IMG/VR virus record: IMGVR_UViG_3300027734_000063
Reading direction: 5' to 3' (one strand)
DNA from: an uncultured virus (IMG/VR IMGVR_UViG_3300027734_000063)
Lineage: Duplodnaviria > Heunggongvirae > Uroviricota > Caudoviricetes
DNA length: 64,000 nucleotides
Below are positions 56,663-64,000 of the stretch, piece after piece. The translations under genes and the position numbers were made by a program. The notes under the pieces were generated by a model. The model saw only the letters and a program-made list of their open reading frames with translations. It was not told the origin of the DNA and made no database searches. The number at the start of each line of letters is the position of its first letter. The first letter of the stretch is position 1.

Positions 56663-57631
56663 TTAGGACTCCAGTTTTGTAAGTTCACGAGCATATTGCT
56701 CTGGGGTTAGATTGAATTTCTTTGCCAGTTGTAACTGCGTGGCGGTAAGTCTGACTTTTTTTGGAGAGGTAGACCTAGTCGCTGGCGCAACTACTGTGCT
56801 CGGCTTACTAGTTTTTGTAGAGGGTTTGGTCTCTACCTCAGAAGAGTATTTGGTCTCTTCAGCTATCCCAAATTTCTCTGGGAAACGTTGACGCATTTCT
56901 TTGTCAATCACGCCATAATAGTGATCAGAGCCAATTGCAACTCCTTCACGCTCAAGGCGTCTATGAATACCCATTGCTAGGTAACTCATATCATCATCAG
57001 TCCCATACCAGCTGTTTTTGTCCAGCCACGCTTGGGTTTTTGAGTCCAAACGTTGGGTCTGAGGTATTTGTACCTCATTTTCTTCAGATTGTAAAGCATC
57101 TTGTGAAAATTCAGGTTTATATCTTTCTAAATCCTGAGCTTTCATTTTGACTTCGGTTAGTTTTTCTTGGGCATCAACCAAAAGATCAGAGTCTCCAGAG
57201 TTATAAGCATCCTTATAAGCCTGTTTAGCCAACTCTAACTCACGGGTAACGTTTTCTTTGTAATTGCTTACAAGCGTTTGTTCCCCAGCTGACAGTTTTG
57301 TCTTAAGACGTTTGTTTTCTTCAATAATTTTTTGAGCAAAATCAATAGCTTCTTGACGTTCCTTGTCTGCAGCGTCTTTAGCTCTGCGTTCATCGTTGTA
57401 GACTTTTTTCATCTGCAACAATTTCTTTTTTGCCTCTCCAGTAAAGGCTTCTAGATCATCGTTATCGAGTTCTTCAACGATTTCAGCTGGCATAGGCTCT
57501 GCATTTATCCTATCTTCTACTGGTGTATCGTCTTCAACTTCAATTTCAATGGGTTCTAACTCCTCAACTTCAGGCTCTTCTTTAGAAATTTGATCTGGAA
57601 ATTTAAATTCAGTCATTTGCATTTCTTGCAT
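56663..57631 (-). CDS. putative scaffolding protein
   Basis: Acidic N-terminus, coiled coil, C-terminal QLQLAKKFNLTPEQYA; between portal and MCP. Confidence 0.75.
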   Translation of the reverse strand: MQEMQMTEFKFPDQISKEEPEVEELEPIEIEVEDDTPVEDRINAEPMPAEIVEELDNDDLEAFTGEAKKKLLQMKKVYNDERRAKDAADKERQEAIDFAQKIIEENKRLKTKLSAGEQTLVSNYKENVTRELELAKQAYKDAYNSGDSDLLVDAQEKLTEVKMKAQDLERYKPEFSQDALQSEENEVQIPQTQRLDSKTQAWLDKNSWYGTDDDMSYLAMGIHRRLEREGVAIGSDHYYGVIDKEMRQRFPEKFGIAEETKYSSEVETKPSTKTSKPSTVVAPATRSTSPKKVRLTATQLQLAKKFNLTPEQYARELTKLES

Positions 57632-57641
57632 AATTTTCTCC

Positions 57642-58064
57642 TTATGCTCTGGTTATGCCACGGGGATCTTGGACTATTCCTTCTACAGAATCGTCATTGA
57701 TGATCCTAAATTCACGTCCGTGGATCTTTAATCGTGTGCCAGAATTTGGTCTGGCTAGAATAAAGTCACCTTCTTTACACCATGGTCCAGTTGGGAACCG
57801 AGTTGCGTCTTTGTAACAATCAGGTCCCATCTTAACTACGAAGAATACGGTAGAAAGTAGCTCTTCCGTGTGCATAGTGGTATCCGCTTTGAGAATACCG
57901 CTTTCAAATTCCTTCTCTTGCTCTGGAATAGCTACCAAAATACGGTATCCAGAGGGTTCAGGAAGGGCTTTTGCCTTTTCTTCGTTACTTGCACTAAAGT
58001 TTACTGCGCCTACAACTTGTGGCTGATTGGGATTTGAGCCAATCAGTATCGTTGTATCACTCAT
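57642..58064 (-). CDS. groES: GroES-like co-chaperonin
   Basis: PSGYRILV...ESGIL...VVKMG...KEGDFIL...FRIINDDSVEGIV. Confidence 0.82.
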   Translation of the reverse strand: MSDTTILIGSNPNQPQVVGAVNFSASNEEKAKALPEPSGYRILVAIPEQEKEFESGILKADTTMHTEELLSTVFFVVKMGPDCYKDATRFPTGPWCKEGDFILARPNSGTRLKIHGREFRIINDDSVEGIVQDPRGITRA

Positions 58065-58248
58065 CCGAGTTCTCCATTCTATGTTTGAGGTCTGTTAAGG
58101 TTAAACACGCAGACTCAAGACCTCTAATTTGTCCACATGCGTACTTATATTCCTCAAAATTGGTGCAATTTCCCGCAGAAACAGCTTTTTGGAGCATGTC
58201 TATGCGTTCTTTGTACTCTCTTAAGAGGTAATCAAGGTTTTGATCCAC
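58057..58248 (-). CDS. hypothetical protein
   Basis: EEYKYACGQIRGLE; coupled to portal stop. Confidence 0.78.
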   Translation of the reverse strand: MDQNLDYLLREYKERIDMLQKAVSAGNCTNFEEYKYACGQIRGLESACLTLTDLKHRMENSDE

Positions 58249-60680
58249 TATTTTTTCCCTGTTTGAGGTTTATTAACATTGGCTACTGCTTGCATTGCTT
58301 TGAGTTCTAGCTCTTGCTTGTCTTTCTGTAGTTTGGACATCAGACTAGCTTGGGCTATACGCTCTTGTGAAGCAATTCTTTCCTTCTCAATCTGTTGCTG
58401 GGCTGCTTTGGCAGCTGCATCAGCTTGATCTTTCTGCATCTTCCGCTGTTCTTCTTGCTCTTTAAGCTGAAGTTCTTTGGCTTGCATTTGAATTACTGGG
58501 TCTTGTGCTGCTTGTTGAGCTTGCTGGGCAGCAATCTCTGTTTTGTTGCGTCTTAATAGCTCATCGGAGGCTTGTGCAGCCATCTTGGAGATCTGAACTT
58601 CCATATCCCGTGGAATAGCTTCTTCGTCTTCCTCTTCGCCAGTAGGCAATGGAATACCCATCATTTCTTCCATCTGCTTGCGGTATTCAAACGCTAAGTG
58701 CTGTTGAATATGCGCCATGGCAGCTGCGCCAATAGCTTGCGCTTGTGGGTTTTGACCAATTAACTGAGCCAGTTTAGGGTCTTGCATGGCGTTCATATGC
58801 ACTTGAATATGAGCCTGATGGTCTTGATACATAAACGCCTTGACGGGTTTCATGTTCAAGATGTTCATGTTCTCTGTTACAGGATCTTCTGGCATCTGAT
58901 CATCTTCAATCTTAACCAGCTTCTTAGCGTTTTTAATACCTAGAACTTCTAGCATCTGGCGGTGGAGTTGTCCTAAGTCGTACAGCTGCGGAGCTTGCTG
59001 GGCAAGTTGCAGAACTGCTTGATATTGAACAATCTTTTGCGCCATGGTTGCGGCATTTGGATCGCTAACTGGGATGACATCTACGTTGTCATAATCAGAC
59101 TGCTTGGCAAAACGAGTGCCAACGTCAGGTGTGTAACTATAGTCTGGCGGGGTGTAATCACGGATGATGTCTTTAAGGAGCTTTAACTCCTGCTTCATCG
59201 AATAATGAACACGAGCTTGAACCGCAGACATGACTTTAAGGGTGCGCTCTAGAATAGCCAGAGTCGTGCCCACTGGGGTGTTAGCTGACATATCGGCAAT
59301 CTTCATATCCGATGCCGAGGCAAATCTACGACCTTCTTCTACAATTGTGCCAAGCAAGCTATAGAGGACTTGTGAGGGTTCCTTATATGGTAATGGCAGA
59401 ATGTTGTCTTTGAGGACACCGCTTGGGACATCAACGTCTCGGAACTCTCCAGGGCTGATCGGGGTGTCATCGCCTTTGATTCGCAAGCCACGGGCCTTAA
59501 AGCCACCTGGCAAGTTTGAAAGTGTTCCAGCATCGACAAGCTGCCGAATAATAGACGTTCCAGACTTTGCAAAGGCGCCCACAAGATGAATGAGACCAAA
59601 GCAGTAAAAGCCAAAACCAGGAACATACCCGTAATGTACGAAGTGATTGCGTTTTTGTTTAGTTTCATCTTCAGGTCTCCAGTTTCTACGGATCGCCAAT
59701 ACTTTCTGCGTTCCCTTTTCTACAGTGACAATGTATGGAAGAGCAATTCCAGTTAATTTATCATCTTCATCTTTGTCTTCAAAACCCTCAACATCCAGAT
59801 TGACTTGGATTTCAAGGATTTTATAGCGGTCATCGGAGGTTGCTTGGAACCCCATCTTTTCCGCAATTTTCTTTTCTACTTCATCAAATGCAGTCGATGG
59901 CTCACCTAACTCAATGTCTCGGTAAAAACCAGCTACTTGCAGTTTGCGTAATTCGTTTTCTGTCTTGCGCATAACGTGTGTAACACGCTCGGCAGTTTGC
60001 AGGTCTGATGCGCCATAAGGAACAATCAAGTCTTCAGCTGGCACAAACAACGCTACTTGGCGGTTTAGTGACGGATCAAAGTAAACCTTCTTAAAGGCGT
60101 TACCTGAAAGACCAAGACCCCAGCACATACGCTCATGTTCTGGACGGTACTCAGGCATCTTTTCGGTAATCTGGTAGTTCATGTCCTTTTGAACACGATC
60201 AGCAGAAGCCATAATTTCAGGGGTTTCTCTGCCAATAACTACGGTCTTAACGGGACCAGCTGGAGGCAAAGTCTCCATGACTGTTTCAGCTTGGAACTTA
60301 ACTAGGGCTTCTGATAACAACGGATGGAATACGCCACAAGCGCCTTCCCAAGGTTCAGAACGAATTTCAATCTTCATTCCCAATAGCTCAATGCCATCGG
60401 TGTAGGTCTGCATCCATTCTTTACGGGAACCAACGTCTGCTTCTACGTCACCTAAAAGATCGCCACTTAACTGTGTTAAATACCCTTCTTCTAGGTATTC
60501 GGCAAGGTTACAGTCAAAGTCATCTGGTCCTTCTTCTTCAGATTCAAGTTCAATCATCATGCCATCAATGCCAATTTTGACTGATTTTGGATCTTCAATC
60601 TCAATCTCGATTGGTTCCATAGCAGCGGAGGCTGCCTCAAGTCCTTGGGGTAATTCGTAGAGTGCCTTATCAATTGCCAT
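58248..60680 (-). CDS. portal protein
   Basis: 810 aa directly after TerL; PWEGACGV.HP, FKKVYFD, LVDAGTLSNLPGG; C-terminal coiled coil. Confidence 0.88.
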   Translation of the reverse strand: MAIDKALYELPQGLEAASAAMEPIEIEIEDPKSVKIGIDGMMIELESEEEGPDDFDCNLAEYLEEGYLTQLSGDLLGDVEADVGSRKEWMQTYTDGIELLGMKIEIRSEPWEGACGVFHPLLSEALVKFQAETVMETLPPAGPVKTVVIGRETPEIMASADRVQKDMNYQITEKMPEYRPEHERMCWGLGLSGNAFKKVYFDPSLNRQVALFVPAEDLIVPYGASDLQTAERVTHVMRKTENELRKLQVAGFYRDIELGEPSTAFDEVEKKIAEKMGFQATSDDRYKILEIQVNLDVEGFEDKDEDDKLTGIALPYIVTVEKGTQKVLAIRRNWRPEDETKQKRNHFVHYGYVPGFGFYCFGLIHLVGAFAKSGTSIIRQLVDAGTLSNLPGGFKARGLRIKGDDTPISPGEFRDVDVPSGVLKDNILPLPYKEPSQVLYSLLGTIVEEGRRFASASDMKIADMSANTPVGTTLAILERTLKVMSAVQARVHYSMKQELKLLKDIIRDYTPPDYSYTPDVGTRFAKQSDYDNVDVIPVSDPNAATMAQKIVQYQAVLQLAQQAPQLYDLGQLHRQMLEVLGIKNAKKLVKIEDDQMPEDPVTENMNILNMKPVKAFMYQDHQAHIQVHMNAMQDPKLAQLIGQNPQAQAIGAAAMAHIQQHLAFEYRKQMEEMMGIPLPTGEEEDEEAIPRDMEVQISKMAAQASDELLRRNKTEIAAQQAQQAAQDPVIQMQAKELQLKEQEEQRKMQKDQADAAAKAAQQQIEKERIASQERIAQASLMSKLQKDKQELELKAMQAVANVNKPQTGKK

Positions 60681-60689
60681 AATATTTCC

Positions 60690-62186
60690 TTAGTAATAAC
60701 TAACTGGTCGTTTAGACTTAAAGTACCGTGGTTCGTCTATTTCATCGCTTTGTAGGCGAATGAACCCGCCTTTTCTAAATCGTAATAATGCTTGGGTTGT
60801 AGAGTCAACCAAGTCATCATGGTCTGAATTTGGGAACGCTGCCATCTCTTCAATAACCTCATCTGCCCACCGTTTCTTTGGTGCCCATACTTTACCTGAT
60901 GCAAACATATCTGCTACAGAGTTTACACGGGAGATCTTGTCATTACCACGGGTTGGCGTAAATTCTTGTACTGGTATACCCATGGATCTTAGCTCAAATA
61001 TAAGCGGAGCACCAGAGGCTTTTGCTTCCACAATAAACGCATCTGGTTCCCATTCGTTATACATTTCTAAAGCCCGTTTTTTTAGTTCTGGAAATTCTAG
61101 CCGTTCTTTTAGGGCGTCTAACAGAATAATGTGCGCATCATTAGGATCTTCGTTTTTATAAAAGACTCCCCAAGTCGTGCAAGCTGAGTAGTCTGAACGC
61201 TCATTTTTAGTAAAGGCGGTATCCCAAGACTGGATGACAAAGTCACAGGCTGGCGGTCTTTCTTCTTCCCAGACATTCCACCATTCCCGTTTGACCAGCG
61301 CACCTTCCTCGGAAGATGGGTCTTGTTGATACTGGGCTGACCATTTAGAAATCGGCAATTCATTGCGCAGTTTTTCTAATTCATCATACGACCAGAACTC
61401 AGGCCATAAGGGTTTACCTGTAGGCAGGATGGCAGGTAAGTTAATCACTTCCCATTCATCCCCGTCACGCTCAACCATGGACTGGAGGACTCTGCCCGTT
61501 AAATCCCGCTTAGACCAGCGGGTCATCACGATCACGATTGAACCGCCAGGTTGCAGACGTTGGCGTGGACCAGAACCGTACCATTCAAAGATTTTGTCGT
61601 AAACCGAAGGATCAGAGGCTGCTAGAGCTGCTTCTTGTTCCGAGTGAGGATCGTCAATAATGAGCAGATCTGCTCCTTTACCAGTAACGGTACCGCCCAC
61701 ACCAATAGCAAAATAATCGCCATTAGCGTTAGTAGCCCATCGACCAGCAGCTTTACTATCATGGCGCAAAGCAACATTAGGAAAGATCTTTCCATAGACA
61801 TCTCCGTCTACTAAGTTACGTACCTTTCGTCCAAAGCCAACTGCTAGTTCTGCGGTGTTAGAACATTGGATAATTTTTTTATGAGGAAACTTGCCAAGAT
61901 ACCAGGCTGGCAATAAGTAGCTGGCAAACTCAGACTTAGTATGGCGGGGAGGCATATTAATAATAAGACGCTTAGTTTGTCCATTGGCAATCTCCTCAAA
62001 TTTTTTAGCCATGACTGCATGGTGTCTGCCGTGGATAAACCCAGGCCACATGACTTTGACAAACTCCATAAACGAGACTTGTCCTTTTTCCCTGACCAGC
62101 GAATCCTGATAGGCTTGTGCCATTTCCATGATGCTGGCACGTTCACCTTCTCCAAGGCTTTCTAGGATTTTTTCTAATTTACTCAA
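60690..62186 (-). CDS. terL: terminase large subunit
   Basis: MPPRHTKSE, LLIIDDP, VMTRW, SWDTA, HDDLVDS. Confidence 0.95.
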   Translation of the reverse strand: MSKLEKILESLGEGERASIMEMAQAYQDSLVREKGQVSFMEFVKVMWPGFIHGRHHAVMAKKFEEIANGQTKRLIINMPPRHTKSEFASYLLPAWYLGKFPHKKIIQCSNTAELAVGFGRKVRNLVDGDVYGKIFPNVALRHDSKAAGRWATNANGDYFAIGVGGTVTGKGADLLIIDDPHSEQEAALAASDPSVYDKIFEWYGSGPRQRLQPGGSIVIVMTRWSKRDLTGRVLQSMVERDGDEWEVINLPAILPTGKPLWPEFWSYDELEKLRNELPISKWSAQYQQDPSSEEGALVKREWWNVWEEERPPACDFVIQSWDTAFTKNERSDYSACTTWGVFYKNEDPNDAHIILLDALKERLEFPELKKRALEMYNEWEPDAFIVEAKASGAPLIFELRSMGIPVQEFTPTRGNDKISRVNSVADMFASGKVWAPKKRWADEVIEEMAAFPNSDHDDLVDSTTQALLRFRKGGFIRLQSDEIDEPRYFKSKRPVSYY

Positions 62187-62427
62187 TGTGATGCGCCCGA
62201 ATGTACTTTGGTCTGATAGACCGTGGTCTATTTTTAATCCCTACACACATACCCAGATCAACCAAGCGCCACATCTTGCGGCAGACATTGCCCCGACTTT
62301 TCTCTCCAGTCAAATACATAATGTCGTCAATAGACGGACCAAACCCATGTTTTTTCCAAAACGAATCAATCACCAAAAAAATTTCTTTTTGTGCTGGAGT
62401 CACGGTAGTAATCTTATGCCTTCCCAT
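62179..62427 (-). CDS. LexA DNA-binding-domain-like winged HTH protein
   Basis: TPAQKEIF..I...GFGPSIDDI...KSRGNV...LVDLG...RSIR; no peptidase domain. Confidence 0.75.
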   Translation of the reverse strand: MGRHKITTVTPAQKEIFLVIDSFWKKHGFGPSIDDIMYLTGEKSRGNVCRKMWRLVDLGMCVGIKNRPRSIRPKYIRAHHIE

Positions 62428-62683
62428 GTTGAGCTTTTTTAATAGCCTCATTAGCCTCAAACATTGCCCGAACCGCCATAGCTTCTTCTGCCAATAAATG
62501 CTCTTTGACCCAAGACATTATTTGCATAAGAGATTCACGGTCATGGTGTAGCAGTACGCCAATAGAACTCATGGCTGAAGCTCTAGCCCGAACAATTTTT
62601 ATTTCATCCAAAATATACCCCCTATCCTTTTTGCGCATAGAAAACTGACGGGGGGTGTTCCACGTGGAACATATTGTGATCAT
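62414..62683 (-). CDS. hypothetical protein
   Basis: ATGA overlap with TerS stop; start uncertain. Confidence 0.6.
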   Translation of the reverse strand: MITICSTWNTPRQFSMRKKDRGYILDEIKIVRARASAMSSIGVLLHHDRESLMQIMSWVKEHLLAEEAMAVRAMFEANEAIKKAQHGKA

Positions 62684-63570
62684 TCCCCATTTTTTATACC
62701 CCCACCCCCAAGACCGTTATCCTTATTAGGGTTTTCACTAGTTGACACGCAAGTGTCTGATTCTAAAGGACTTGTCACTGGAAGCGGGTTTCCAGTGAGG
62801 ATTTTTGGAGGTGATTTAATGTGTGGAATACTATGCAAGTCTGGCACCACGAGTGTTGCCGAATTTTGGGGGTCGTAGGTAGGTAGGTCGGCAGGATTGC
62901 CGTTTGTTGATGCCACCCCGTCTTCAATTTCCTCCTGCACCTCGTCCAATACATCATCATCTGCCAGTTCATGAGTGCCTACATCATCCATCACTTTAGT
63001 AATCCCTGTGATCTCTGCCAGTAAAGAGTCTGCATCATCCACCTCGACATCCTCTGCACCCTGACTAGAGATCGCCAGTCGAATAGAGTTGAGTAGCTTG
63101 TCCTTCATCTCCTGTGAGTTAGTGATCTGCACTATCTCTCTGCGTTCTGTAAACAATGCCACCTCAGTGATCTTGCCCAATAGTTCCAGTGCTTTAAGCT
63201 GTTGAGCAGGAGGGACATCGGGATCAAGAGCCTTCTCTGTGATCTTGTGGATTGCTAATGCCCTTAAAGAAGCAGGCGTAATATACTGATTTGCCTCCAA
63301 AGCCACCCTGAAAGCCTCAATCTGAGTGGCGATAGACGGGTTCTTTGAGAGTTTCTGAGCCTCTGCTGACTGGGTTGATGGTTTGCCCTTGCTCTTATAC
63401 ACCTTCCGATAAGCCCCTGTCTTCGTATTCCCCATCGCTACTTCCTTCGCAAAAGCCCGTTGTTTGTGGGTTAGCTTGGTTGTCTTAGCATTTACCGCAC
63501 CCAACAATAGAGTATCCATCGGCATAGCTTCAAGCCCTGCCTCGATTTCCTTCCTTGTGAGTCTTTTCAT
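62680..63570 (-). CDS. terS: terminase small subunit with long acidic tail
   Basis: LTHKQRAFA...AYRKVY...AQKL..NP; KALELLGK; upstream of TerL. Confidence 0.78.
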   Translation of the reverse strand: MKRLTRKEIEAGLEAMPMDTLLLGAVNAKTTKLTHKQRAFAKEVAMGNTKTGAYRKVYKSKGKPSTQSAEAQKLSKNPSIATQIEAFRVALEANQYITPASLRALAIHKITEKALDPDVPPAQQLKALELLGKITEVALFTERREIVQITNSQEMKDKLLNSIRLAISSQGAEDVEVDDADSLLAEITGITKVMDDVGTHELADDDVLDEVQEEIEDGVASTNGNPADLPTYDPQNSATLVVPDLHSIPHIKSPPKILTGNPLPVTSPLESDTCVSTSENPNKDNGLGGGGIKNGE

Positions 63571-63857
63571 GGGTATCTCTTGATAATCGGCATACCCCTG
63601 ATTCTAGGACACTTAGGACTATTCTGCTAGTGATCTCTCTATCCTCTAGTGTTATCTCTCTCTAGTGCTTTACTTACTGGGCTGTTTCGCTTCGCTATTT
63701 ACCCCGCTTTTAGGCTAATTTGCCCCGATTTATGCGAGCCACAGAGCCGTGCTTTATCTTTTTATGAGCCTTGATGCACAAGTAATGCTCTCTCGCATCT
63801 GGAATATCACCCTGCAAGCCTTATTCTATAAGGGATAAAAATATTTTAAATAAATAC

Positions 63858-63898
63858 TTGACAGTCAATAAATCTATGCTTGACAATGAAATTGTCAA
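63858..63898 (+). promoter_or_regulatory. putative early promoter overlapped by two palindromes
   Basis: AT-rich upstream tract, TTGACA-18-GACAAT; TTGAC-A-GTCAA and TTGACAAT-GAA-ATTGTCAA. Confidence 0.55.
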
Positions 63899-63942
63899 TC
63901 ACCTGATGACTTGTTAATTAACCACCTGCTAGGAGTTTACTA

Positions 63943-64000
63943 ATGAATCTACTGCCATCACTTGTATCACCAATGGACATCCACCAATGTATTAAGCATT
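63943..64000 (+). CDS. 3'-truncated hypothetical protein
   Basis: CTGCTAGGAG RBS then ATG; open to the window end. Confidence 0.55.
   Translation, partial: MNLLPSLVSPMDIHQCIKH

Noticed and set aside
63903..63909. CTGATGA near the right end
   Set aside because: No following stem II/GAAA or matching stems
1..64000. tRNA genes, introns, inteins, stop-codon recoding
   Set aside because: No cloverleaf with T/D-loop consensus seen in the gaps; TerL, helicase and portal look uninterrupted; genes pack tightly under the standard code (by eye only)

Overview
Nearly complete (~64 kb) genome of a tailed dsDNA phage, probably short-tailed (no sheath or tape-measure gene seen). Host is unknown; the sigma70-type promoters and gene families are compatible with a proteobacterium (inference). 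Layout: + strand early cluster of small ORFs (1-5.2 kb); - strand replication/recombination genes (Toprim primase, SF2 helicase, ParB-like, SSB-like, Sak, PD-(D/E)XK exonuclease) with a divergent RusA-like gene; then a ~50 kb - strand late region (TerS, LexA-like HTH, TerL, portal, GroES, scaffold, Mu-gpT-type capsid, small basic proteins, adaptors, many tail-fibre modules, lysis genes, nozzle, ejection proteins, and a 3683-aa DarB-like methyltransferase/Strawberry-notch helicase). No integrase, DNA polymerase, tRNA or CRISPR array was recognised. Highlights: (1) a RiPP-like cassette inside the tail operon (radical SAM/SPASM enzyme, Asn-Cys-repeat adhesin-like protein, two Fe/2OG oxygenases); (2) a canonical hammerhead ribozyme between early genes; (3) a candidate ~115-nt antisense RNA complementary to a GCTAGGAG ribosome-binding motif found at five loci; (4) an overprinted gene with its own Shine-Dalgarno inside the giant protein; (5) a recurring xxxGG motif in putative internal virion proteins; (6) a double-pseudoknot RNA downstream of the capsid gene. 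All family assignments are by motif recognition by eye, not database search.
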